Below are positions 1-7,515 of a stretch of DNA of 32,000 nucleotides, one piece after another; positions within the stretch are counted from its first letter, which is position 1, and each line of letters begins with the position of its first letter. The notes under the pieces were generated by a model. The model did not search any database, was not told the origin of the DNA, and was given only the letters and a program-made list of their open reading frames with translations. The stretch comes from Thermodesulfobacteriota bacterium (GTDB lineage: Bacteria > Desulfobacterota > WTBG01 > JAGOGO01), in contig CP113000.1 in the NCBI GenBank assembly GCA_026625185.1, forward strand, positions 2,085,622-2,117,621, read 5' to 3'. A program made the position numbers and the translations under genes.

Positions 1-705
1 GATCTGCGTGAAAAGAGAACATATCAGGTAACCGGGGATTTCTTTTTTTCAACGATGGCGGTGAAAGATTTGGTAGCCGCAATTAAAGGTTATGTTCCCG
101 ATCATGTTCGTAATGTGGCAGCCGGTTTAGTCTATCGCGATTTTATTACCGTGGGACTTCTTCTGAAAAAATTACTTGTGAAGAATGAATCCAAGATGAC
201 TACGCTCGGCACTTTAATCCCTGATAACTGGATCTATATTCAAGAAAAGGACGTTAAAGTTGGAAGGCTTCAGATTTTCAATAATTGGAGTCCCTACCTG
301 GTAGCGAATAAAGATACTGTCTGGATCGGGATGGAATATTTTTGCAATGAAGGTGATGAGCTGTGGAATAAATCGGATGAGGAGTTTAGTGTATTCGCGG
401 TTGATGAATTAGCGAGGATTGACATTATCGACAAAGAAGACGTCATGGATAGCGTGGTCATCAGAATGGGGAAAACCTATCCCGCCTATTTCGGAACGTA
501 TGATCGGTTTAACGAAATTAGAGAATTCATCGATACCTACGAAAATCTTTTTTTAATCGGAAGAAACGGAATGCACCGATACAACAATATGGATCATTCC
601 ATGCTGACGGCCATGGTTGCGGTGGATAATATTCTGAACAAAATATTCACAAAAGATAATATCTGGTCGGTCAATACCGAGCAGGACTATCACGAAGAAC
701 GATAA
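1..705 (+). CDS. FAD-dependent oxidoreductase (amine-oxidase / UDP-galactopyranose-mutase-like), C-terminal part; gene starts left of the window
   Basis: Frame 1 is open from base 1 with no stop before the listed Met at 55. The C-terminal segment LIGRNGMHRYNNMDHSMLTAMVAVDNI looks like the C-terminal FAD-binding region of this flavoprotein class, which is common in polysaccharide loci. Confidence 0.65.
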   Translation, partial: DLREKRTYQVTGDFFFSTMAVKDLVAAIKGYVPDHVRNVAAGLVYRDFITVGLLLKKLLVKNESKMTTLGTLIPDNWIYIQEKDVKVGRLQIFNNWSPYLVANKDTVWIGMEYFCNEGDELWNKSDEEFSVFAVDELARIDIIDKEDVMDSVVIRMGKTYPAYFGTYDRFNEIREFIDTYENLFLIGRNGMHRYNNMDHSMLTAMVAVDNILNKIFTKDNIWSVNTEQDYHEER

Positions 706-761
706 ATCTTCTCATATGTTTCATAGAGCCCGGTGGCAGGAATAGGCGAAGGGCATGTCGT

Positions 762-2723
762 TCATCTACTATCGAGAGATCTGATACGTTTACAACTGTA
801 GAGGTACCAATCAAAATCCTGATATTTTAAAATAGCTATATAATTATAGACACGGATGTTTTTTCGCGAAAGAATTTTTTTCGGTTGATATTCCGGCACC
901 TCATACTGAGCAATGATAAAATCCAAATTCTGAGCCTTGCTACAGCATTTTTTAATCTCGTTTGCGTAGAAAACCTTCATCTTTATCAGTTGGTCTTTAG
1001 TGGAAACTATGATGGGATTCTCAACTGATTCCAATAATCCGATATTATTCATTCTCTTATCTAATTCCAGAGCTTTTTCACGAGAAAAGACAATACCGGA
1101 TTCTTGCAAACGAGATACATAATTTGTGCGGTTTAATAGAAACCATGATAACTCAGGATGCCCAAGCCACAGTATTTCTGAGTTTTTCGGTATATTCTCA
1201 GCCCCGAATGATTGCTCAACTCCGATTGTTTTCGCAAACAATTTTTCACACTCGAGCCTCTGGTCCCATAACCCCAGCGAAATAAAAAAGAAAGTCCCTG
1301 AAAGCGCGATCAAAAGTTTATTTTTTTGCCGCAGGTGATAGTATAAAAGCGGAATACCGGCAAAGATCAAAAGTAAGTTGGAAATTATCGCGTTATAATC
1401 CGGCACTAAATGGATCAATGAAAGAGAGTGGTTAAGCTTAAATATGGCAAAATAAAATAATAGGATATCAGTTAACAGTAGGACAACAGAAAGGATTACC
1501 AGAATGGTATCCAGCTTTATCCTGAAATCCTCGGTAAAAGGATTTTTTTTAAAGACCGTCCATTGCGATAAATATTTATTTTTCTTACTGTAGCTTATTA
1601 ATACCAGGAAGAATTCAATGATGATAAGGACTATATAATGTAGTGAAAACACCGTGGTGTATAAACAAAGCCAGGCCGCGCAATATACGGCTGCAAAGGA
1701 TTTCGCGAAATTTGAATAGTTCCTGATTTTGATATATATCGAGGGCAGGGATAGATAGGAAAAGAATAACAGCAGCCAGCAAGTTCGCCAGGTTTGAACC
1801 TGCAAAACCATTACGTTTTTAAGGAAATCACCCAAACACAAAGACAGGAGGAAGGATATCCCAATGGAAGCGAGGAGGGATATGGCTACCTTGCGTCTCT
1901 TCCCTCTATTGATAACCGCGTAAAGCAGTACTACTAAGAAAGATGCTAAGATCGGCAGAATATCCCTTAAGGTCCAGTTGCTCAGAAAAAGAACAGACGG
2001 AGATTTTTGAATGATACCTGCCCAGTCCGCGTCCATAGATTGAAATATTCTGACAAAGGGAGAGATACTAAATAGAGCTAATAATACGACAATTACTGAC
2101 AGTATGAGACCGATAATAATGGTAGGTCTACGGCGTTCGAAAAAAAAATAGACGTATAAAAAGATTGCTCCGGTGCCCGCCATAATGGGGTGCAGAAGAA
2201 AACTCATGGCCAAGGTAACCGGGCATAAAACAAACCTTCTTTTCAGGGCAAAAAATAGGGAAAACAGGACAAAAGCTTCGGCATATATTCTCGGGGTAAG
2301 AAAAGGCTCTCCAAAAGAAAATACGTGGTTGGCTCCATAAAAGGCCGGCATAGCGATAGCAAAGGCGAAAGAAAGGAATTTCAGCGCCCCTTTATAAAAT
2401 ATACCCGCCAGCAGATAGGCGGACACGAACCAGAGAACGTGACCGAGAATAAAAAGAATAATGTTTGCGGTAATGGGATTGGTCAGCTTGATGATGAACG
2501 CGTATGGATAAGAAAAAACCGTATAATTTTCCTGAGAGTCAAAGCGGAGAAAAAGATCATTTTTGAAAATCTCCGGTTTTATATGACTCATGGCCTGTAA
2601 GGTGTAAAGTTTTGCATCATAAACGATGCCTTTATAAGGATGACTAAGGATCCAGATTGATACCAAAGCCAGGAAGATTGAAATGATAAAGAGTAAATTT
2701 TTATGTGTTACCTTATTCATCAA
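762..2723 (-). CDS. large polytopic membrane protein, putative GT-C-type glycosyltransferase or polymerase with a soluble C-terminal domain
   Basis: 653-aa ORF with many hydrophobic segments over roughly the first two thirds, then a hydrophilic tail. It is the last gene of the minus-strand glycosylation operon. Function is assigned from architecture and context only. Confidence 0.6.
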   Translation of the reverse strand: MMNKVTHKNLLFIISIFLALVSIWILSHPYKGIVYDAKLYTLQAMSHIKPEIFKNDLFLRFDSQENYTVFSYPYAFIIKLTNPITANIILFILGHVLWFVSAYLLAGIFYKGALKFLSFAFAIAMPAFYGANHVFSFGEPFLTPRIYAEAFVLFSLFFALKRRFVLCPVTLAMSFLLHPIMAGTGAIFLYVYFFFERRRPTIIIGLILSVIVVLLALFSISPFVRIFQSMDADWAGIIQKSPSVLFLSNWTLRDILPILASFLVVLLYAVINRGKRRKVAISLLASIGISFLLSLCLGDFLKNVMVLQVQTWRTCWLLLFFSYLSLPSIYIKIRNYSNFAKSFAAVYCAAWLCLYTTVFSLHYIVLIIIEFFLVLISYSKKNKYLSQWTVFKKNPFTEDFRIKLDTILVILSVVLLLTDILLFYFAIFKLNHSLSLIHLVPDYNAIISNLLLIFAGIPLLYYHLRQKNKLLIALSGTFFFISLGLWDQRLECEKLFAKTIGVEQSFGAENIPKNSEILWLGHPELSWFLLNRTNYVSRLQESGIVFSREKALELDKRMNNIGLLESVENPIIVSTKDQLIKMKVFYANEIKKCCSKAQNLDFIIAQYEVPEYQPKKILSRKNIRVYNYIAILKYQDFDWYLYSCKRIRSLDSR

Positions 2724-2730
2724 TTAGTTA

Positions 2731-3092
2731 GCCGTTATCTGTTGACCGTTTCCCGTTGGCTGTTATCCGTTCACCGTTGTTCGTTTAATTGAGTTTTTAA
2801 GAGCGCTTATTTTGGCTGAGATTTTATGCAAGTGTTCGATTAACTCACTAAACGATTTATGATTAATATAATCTTGCTTCATCGAAATCTCGAGAAGCGG
2901 AACACATTCATGTGAGGAATCCAAAGCAATGCTAAGGAAATTTTGTTGTTTTATAAATTTGGTCAGCAAATTCGATAGCGTCTTTATATACTTCTAATCT
3001 TTCAAAATTGAATTGCATCTATTAATTCCCTCTCTCGTATAACCGATAACGGCGAACGTTGAACGGTAAACGGAAAACGGTCAACGGACAAC
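2731..3092 (-). mobile_element. IVS-like cassette copy 1: four-helix-bundle pseudogene flanked by CCGTT/AACGG-rich inverted arms
   Basis: The left arm (2731-2783, repeated nnCCGTT) and right arm (3043-3092, repeated AACGGnn) are imperfect inverted repeats sharing, for example, GTTGACCGTTT(C/T)CCGTT. The element exactly fills the gap between the stop at 3101 and the start at 2723. A second copy lies at 4643-5038. Confidence 0.7.
2763..3018 (-). pseudogene. four-helix-bundle protein (23S rRNA intervening-sequence protein family) remnant with internal deletion and frameshift
   Basis: On the minus strand, ATG at 3018 gives MQFNFERLEVYKDAIEFADQIYKTTKFP then a stop. A different frame continues NFLSIALDSSHECVPLLEISMKQDYINHKSFSELIEHLHKISAKISALKNSIK. 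Both halves resemble the N- and C-terminal parts of this family. The central segment (the AEG/SQLRRA-type region) is missing. Confidence 0.6.
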
Positions 3093-3100
3093 AATTAATA

Positions 3101-4624
3101 TTATTTTCTCACAAAAATAGTTCCCGCCTCATCCTCATAAACCTTCTTCCATCCCGGGCTGTCACCGATAAATTCAATAATTCTCTTGTTGTCTTTTTTA
3201 CTGAGTACCACGAAAGAGATTTTGTATTTATCCAGGATTTTTTCCCAATCTCCCATGCCGAAGTGCACGTCGCTGCAGTCTTTCCAGATCTCTTCCGGGA
3301 CCAGGTGCAGCCGGGTATCGGCGAATACCTTGTATTCCGGCCACAGTTTCCAGATCAGATAGCTTCCCCAGTTGATATCATTAAACATATTTCCCTTCAG
3401 GCCTTGTTTTTTTATATATTGCGCTATTGCCACCGGCTCGGATTTGGGATTAATAAAATTTCGCACGCTTTTGATGGGAAGATAAGGCCTGAACCAAGGG
3501 AGAAACGATATCGCGGTTATTAACAGAATAATGAAAAAGATGATGTTCAACGTCAGGCATTCGCTTTCGGTTTCTTCTTTTTTCCCCCCTGATATTTTTT
3601 GCCGCACCAGTTCTATCGAGCAAAAATGTGCGGCCAGGATCGGGGCGGAGACAATCCCCCACCACATGACCATTCGCTCCGCCTTAAAACCGACAAACAG
3701 AAAAACAAGAAGCAGCAAGGCTTCGGTAAAAGTAATTTTTCGTGTGCTGAATTTAAGGATGATGCCGGCAAGCACAACGGAGACAATAAAGCAATAGCCT
3801 AAACCATCCTTCATGGCGGTCGGCTGCCATTCGGCGGAGCGTGCTGCCGAACTTGATGCGTTCACCCATACGTCTTCCCAGATGTTTATACCGTAAGGAT
3901 TTATTAAGGTGACCAGCGTCAGCATTATCAGCAAAAAAAGAAGCCGTCTCAATCTTGAATCTTTGGTCAGTCTCCTGAATCTTTCCTTTGCAGTAACAGA
4001 ATATCCGGCTCTATTATAATATTCATCGGCTGCTCTTCCCACTAAAAAGATGCCGGCCAATATAATGGCAAGCGGGAAGCTGTTGTGAAGATTGACCCAC
4101 AGTATCATTAACAGTGACAACAAAAGGATTAAAGAATTGCCTATTTTTTCTTTTTGAAAAAGCTGACGGTAGAAAAAGACAAACAGGGGGATGGTAAACA
4201 ACTGGGGACGCATATACCAGTTGGTAAATCCGAGGACCGCGGCAAACACTATAAAAAGGAGAGTGACCTTATAATGCTTCGTTAGAATTTGGATAAGGTG
4301 ATAAAAGATGGACATGGCCAGAAGCAAAAGGCCGACTCTCAGAATGATAAGCGATTCGAGGCTCCCCATTTTCTCGCAAACTGCAAGCGCTACCTGCGAA
4401 AGCCAGCCGGAATTGATATACTGGAGGCCAAAAAAGGTATGGGTAAAGAGGTCATGGCTGATAATAGCCCTTTTTTCGATCATTGCTTGGCCGAGTTTAA
4501 GGTAATAGCCAAGGTCATTGGAAATTACATCACCCCCCAGGCCCAAGATGGCGGTCAGCCAGAAAGGAAGGATATAATAAATAGTTTTAAGCCTGAAAAG
4601 GGGAGGTATCTGGTCGGTTTTCAT
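3101..4624 (-). CDS. polytopic membrane glycosyltransferase, GT-C fold (ArnT/PMT-like), putative
   Basis: 507-aa ORF with multiple hydrophobic helices and a C-terminal soluble domain (WGSYLIWKLWPEYKVFADTRL...ISFVVLSKKD...WKKVYEDEAGTIFVRK), as seen in ArnT/PMT-like enzymes. It lies downstream of the GT2 and flippase genes. Confidence 0.6.
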   Translation of the reverse strand: MKTDQIPPLFRLKTIYYILPFWLTAILGLGGDVISNDLGYYLKLGQAMIEKRAIISHDLFTHTFFGLQYINSGWLSQVALAVCEKMGSLESLIILRVGLLLLAMSIFYHLIQILTKHYKVTLLFIVFAAVLGFTNWYMRPQLFTIPLFVFFYRQLFQKEKIGNSLILLLSLLMILWVNLHNSFPLAIILAGIFLVGRAADEYYNRAGYSVTAKERFRRLTKDSRLRRLLFLLIMLTLVTLINPYGINIWEDVWVNASSSAARSAEWQPTAMKDGLGYCFIVSVVLAGIILKFSTRKITFTEALLLLVFLFVGFKAERMVMWWGIVSAPILAAHFCSIELVRQKISGGKKEETESECLTLNIIFFIILLITAISFLPWFRPYLPIKSVRNFINPKSEPVAIAQYIKKQGLKGNMFNDINWGSYLIWKLWPEYKVFADTRLHLVPEEIWKDCSDVHFGMGDWEKILDKYKISFVVLSKKDNKRIIEFIGDSPGWKKVYEDEAGTIFVRK

Positions 4625-4681
4625 AGTAGTCGTTTACTGTGATCCGTTAACCGTTATTTGTTGACCGTTTTCCGTTGGCAG

Positions 4682-4950
4682 TTATCGGTTCATCGTTGTT
4701 CGTTTAAGTGAGTTTTTAAGGGCGCTTATTTTTGCTGATATTTTATACAATTGTTCGATTAACTCACTGAAGGATTTATGATCAATATATTTTTGTTTCA
4801 TCGAAATCTCTAAAATTTTCCTTCATTGTTTTTCCTCTCGTCCCCATTTTTTTACCCCTCACCTAAATCCTCTCCCCGGCGGGGAGAGGAAGGAAAGGAC
4901 GGAACACATTCATATGAGGAGCCAAGAGCAAGAAGAAAATTTAATTGCAT
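4682..4950 (-). pseudogene. four-helix-bundle protein remnant, disrupted by insertion and deletion
   Basis: On the minus strand, ATG at 4950 gives MQLNFLLALGSSYECVP and then runs into the inserted GGGGAGAGG element. The downstream remnant encodes ...EISMKQKYIDHKSFSELIEQLYKISAKISALKNSLKRTTMNR, closely parallel to copy 1. Confidence 0.55.
4811..4898. mobile_element. MITE/REP-like element (CCCCTCACC-N-TCCTCTCCCCGGCGGGGAGAGGA core) inserted into cassette copy 2
   Basis: Copy 1 has only GAGAAG between ATCGAAATCTC and CGGAACACATTCAT. Copy 2 has about 88 bp there, bounded by imperfect inverted ends (TTCCTTC..CCTCTCGTCCCC / GGGGAGAGGAAGGAAAGGA) and containing the family core. Confidence 0.6.
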
Positions 4951-5041
4951 CTATTAATTCCTTCCCTCCTATAACCGTTAACGGTGAATGGTTAACAGAA
5001 AACGGTAAACAGATAACGGTTAACGGAGAACAAAGAACGTT

Positions 5042-5785
5042 TTATATTCTGTATTTTCCGGTTAAATAACGTGTCCGTATTCTCACCAAATCAATCAACA
5101 TACTAAAAGAATCCTTCACCATATGAACCCGGGAGTCGGGAGAATTAATCCATTTTATGGGAACCTCCTTTATCCGGTATCCGTTTTTGTCTGCTATAAA
5201 AAGCAGTTCCACATCAAAACCAAATCCCCAAACAGTCTGTTTTGCAAACAGTACGTTGGCTGCCTCTTTTTTGAAGAGTTTGAAACCGCACTGGGTATCC
5301 TTGATCCCGGATAACGTGAGAAGCTGTACCAGCTTGTTGAAGGTCTTTCCCATAAACTCCCTTGGCCATGGCTGCCTCTCCAAAATATCCGACCCGGGCA
5401 ATGCCCGGGATCCGATAGCAATATCATAGCCTTGGTCGAGCCAGTCTGCCAGTTTATCAACTTCCTGGATAGGAGTGGATAGATCAGCATCGGAAAAAAG
5501 AATAATCCTTCCTTGGGAATGCAATACCCCGGCTCTTACCGAATATCCTTTCCCACGATTGACCTTATTTCCCAATAACCGGACAGAGGAAAACTCCCCG
5601 GCAAATTTTCTGATCACCTTGCGAGTGTTGTCACTGCTTCCATCATCCACCACAATGATCTCAGAGCGATAATCCCTGGTCAGTAAAAATTCGTGGATTT
5701 TTTGTAAGGTGGCGCCGATTCTTTCGGCTTCATTAAATGCAGGGATAACCACCGAAAGATGGATATTATTCAAGGATTCAACCAC
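5042..5785 (-). CDS. GT2 family polyprenyl-phosphate glycosyltransferase (ArnC/GtrB/DPM1-like)
   Basis: N-terminus LSVVIPAFNEAERIGATL, then IIVVDDGSSDNT, FSDADLSTP and DTQCGFKLF. This is the classic GT-A family 2 layout of the polyprenyl-phosphate sugar synthase type. GTG start. Confidence 0.85.
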   Translation of the reverse strand: MVESLNNIHLSVVIPAFNEAERIGATLQKIHEFLLTRDYRSEIIVVDDGSSDNTRKVIRKFAGEFSSVRLLGNKVNRGKGYSVRAGVLHSQGRIILFSDADLSTPIQEVDKLADWLDQGYDIAIGSRALPGSDILERQPWPREFMGKTFNKLVQLLTLSGIKDTQCGFKLFKKEAANVLFAKQTVWGFGFDVELLFIADKNGYRIKEVPIKWINSPDSRVHMVKDSFSMLIDLVRIRTRYLTGKYRI

Positions 5786-5845
5786 TAACGGCCCCTGTTC
5801 GTTATTGCTTTTAATTATTTTGACTCCTGTCTCCTCATTCCGAAT

Positions 5846-6196
5846 TTAGCTCCTGCCTACCATAATCACTCCCAGACAGATGCAAAGCACCCCCATGAGC
5901 CTTAAAAAAGAAAGATTTTCATTAAAGATCAGCCAGGAAGCAAGAACTATAAACACATAACTGAGACTGAGCATTGGATAGGCATAGCTCAAATCCACCC
6001 TTGAAAGGATAGACAGCCAAAGAAACATGGCTATGCCGTAAAGAACCAGACCCAGAAAGATATAAGGGGTGAAAATGACTTTTATCAAGCTGAGGTTTAA
6101 ACCGGCAGAGCCGGAAAGCAACATCCCCTTCTTTAACGAAACCTGTCCCACGACTCCCAGTGCCACGGCAGCGAAGATCATGAAAATATCTCTCAT
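5846..6196 (-). CDS. small 4-TM EamA/SMR-like protein, putative lipid-linked sugar flippase subunit (ArnE/ArnF/GtrA-like role)
   Basis: 116 aa with four hydrophobic helices and the motif SRVDLSYAYPMLSLSYVFIVLASWLIFNE, typical of ArnE/ArnF-type half-EamA proteins. It lies immediately upstream of the GT2 gene. Confidence 0.75.
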   Translation of the reverse strand: MRDIFMIFAAVALGVVGQVSLKKGMLLSGSAGLNLSLIKVIFTPYIFLGLVLYGIAMFLWLSILSRVDLSYAYPMLSLSYVFIVLASWLIFNENLSFLRLMGVLCICLGVIMVGRS

Positions 6197-6504
6197 CTAA
6201 CGTGTCTCCTTATAATTTTTTGCCCCATCACTCCTTTTAACCTGCGATATAATGTGTCATTGATAATATCACGGCTATGGCCATAAATACATCCCTGTTT
6301 GGAGGTGGAGCGACCGGGTGAAAAAATGCTATAGTAAAAAGTTGTTGATATTCTTAAAAAAATTACAATTAAAATTATATAAAATAACATAGTGGAAATT
6401 ATGAATAAAAAATAAAAGCTAATGTTAATTAGCCATTCAATTCTTTTATCGCATGCCGATAATTGTCCATAGTGTGCCAAAAATTTTCTTATTTTTTTAA
6501 ACAA
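6193..6504 (-). CDS. small membrane protein, unknown function; putative first gene of the operon
   Basis: 103-aa ORF with a central hydrophobic stretch. Its stop overlaps the next gene's start as ATGA (6193-6196), suggesting translational coupling. No family recognised. Confidence 0.4.
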   Translation of the reverse strand: MFKKIRKFLAHYGQLSACDKRIEWLINISFYFLFIISTMLFYIILIVIFLRISTTFYYSIFSPGRSTSKQGCIYGHSRDIINDTLYRRLKGVMGQKIIRRHVR

Positions 6505-6651
6505 TTTTCTGCAAATTTTTTATTTGGGCAATTTTAAAAATAAATTTTGCAAAATAGTAAAGAAAAAAATCTAATATTTTACTTGAAATTAAACTTATTA
6601 CGTATTATTATTTCAAAAAATTTCTTTTTTCAAAAAAATGGCTTTATCTTT

Positions 6652-6667
6652 TGGCATTATAGTTGCT
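6652..6667 (+). promoter_or_regulatory. candidate sigma-54 (-24/-12) promoter TGGCAT-N5-TTGCT
   Basis: TGGCATTATAGTTGCT matches the TGGCAC-N5-TTGCW consensus, including the exact GG-to-GC spacing. It points toward flp. Confidence 0.4.
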
Positions 6668-6769
6668 TGGAAGTTGAATAAGTTCAGACAATATTGATCC
6701 TTAGGAAAAAGCCACACCAGTGGTGAGGCTGGGCCGGAAAGCCACGGGTCTTAATTAATCGAAAGATAT

Positions 6770-6803
6770 CCGGGTTGCCAAAAAAGGTAACCGGCTATTT
6801 TTT
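6770..6803 (+). terminator. intrinsic terminator-like hairpin plus T-tract
   Basis: CCGGGTTGCC-AAAAAA-GGTAACCGG (one bulge, one G-U pair) followed by CTATTTTTT. It lies about 100 nt downstream of the sigma-54-like promoter. Confidence 0.45.
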
Positions 6804-6812
6804 GGTATTAAT

Positions 6813-6854
6813 CCCCCTCACCTCAATCCTCTCCCCGGCGGGGAGAGGATTGAA
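6813..6854 (+). repeat. REP/MITE-like palindromic element (CCCCCTCACCTCAATCCTCTCCCCGGCGGGGAGAGGATTGA)
   Basis: A 14-bp perfect stem, TCAATCCTCTCCCC / GGGGAGAGGATTGA. The same core occurs at 4855-4893, 9441-9480 (inverted) and 11001-11040. Degenerate hairpins of the same type follow at 6855-6960. Confidence 0.75.
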
Positions 6855-7165
6855 AGATTTGAAGTCTATCCTGATGGGGAGAGGAAGGTAAAGTAAAAAA
6901 TCCTCCAAAAGGGAGGGAAAGGCAACGTAGTAAAAGCTCTCCTCAAAGGAAGAGAAAGGGACTAAATAAGCAAGTAAATACTTTTTTGTAGTTATATAGA
7001 TTAAATACCCTATTTACTAACTTGCTTCATTATGAAATAATTTTTTCAAATAACTTTTTTGAAAGGAGGAAAAGCCAAGAAAGAACATCAATAAATCATT
7101 AGAAACAAATGGGTTAAAATTTTTTTAAAACCTAATTGTTATTTTTTTATTAAAGGAGGTAACAG

Positions 7166-7339
7166 ATGGAAAAGTTAAAAAAATTTTTTAAAGAGGAGGA
7201 GGGCGTGACCGCACTTGAATACACAGTGCTCGCCGCACTTATAATTATCGTGATAATTATATTTTTTACCCCGATACGAAATGCCGTTAGTAAGATATGG
7301 TCAGAAATTAATAGTGCAATGACGGCTGCAACATCATAA
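7166..7339 (+). CDS. flp: Flp family type IVb pilin
   Basis: Not in the ORF track (57 aa). AGGAGG lies 7 nt upstream of the ATG. Translation is MEKLKKFFKEEEGVTALEYTVLAALIIIVIIIFFTPIRNAVSKIWSEINSAMTAATS. It contains the Flp processing motif G/VTALEY followed by a hydrophobic helix, and lies directly upstream of the prepilin peptidase. Confidence 0.9.
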   Translation: MEKLKKFFKEEEGVTALEYTVLAALIIIVIIIFFTPIRNAVSKIWSEINSAMTAATS

Positions 7340-7515
7340 TCACCGGGCAATCACCCAATCATAAATAAGAAGAAATTTCTTTTCAAAACTTATGAGGGAA
7401 ACATAATATAATTCGCCTTATAGGAAAGAGAAGAAAAATTAGTTATTGACGCGAAGCGAGGGCTTTTTATTTCGCTCCGTCCTCAATAACGAGAGAAAAA
7501 AGGAAAGCCGGTAGC

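Larger units (their letters stand above)
4643..5038 (-). mobile_element. IVS-like cassette copy 2, more degraded and carrying a nested REP/MITE insertion
   Basis: Collinear by eye with copy 1: same arms, same C-terminal coding remnant, same ATGCAATT start region. It has a larger internal deletion and an approximately 88-bp insertion. It exactly fills the gap between the stop at 5042 and the start at 4624. Confidence 0.7.

Noticed and set aside
1-4. The window starts with GATC, a possible Sau3AI/MboI cloning junction or Dam site
   Set aside because: A single tetranucleotide at an arbitrary window edge carries no information.
3059-3797. Plus-strand ORFs (154 aa, 88 aa, 67 aa) and the minus-strand 71-aa ORF within 3101-4624
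   Set aside because: They are antisense to, or out of frame with, the 507-aa membrane protein gene. The first starts inside the AACGG-repeat arm, which reads as MNGKRKTVNG.
6700-6770. GC-rich segment with CCGGAAAGCC, considered as SRP RNA domain IV or a c-di-GMP riboswitch upstream of pilus genes
   Set aside because: I could not find the conserved SRP AGCA/GGAA loop context or the GEMM ACGCA / GGCAAA signatures by eye. It is kept only as an unclassified candidate RNA pending a covariance-model scan.
7150-7350. 66-aa minus-strand ORF
   Set aside because: It is the exact antisense of the Flp pilin gene, which has an RBS, the G/VTALEY motif and the right operon context.
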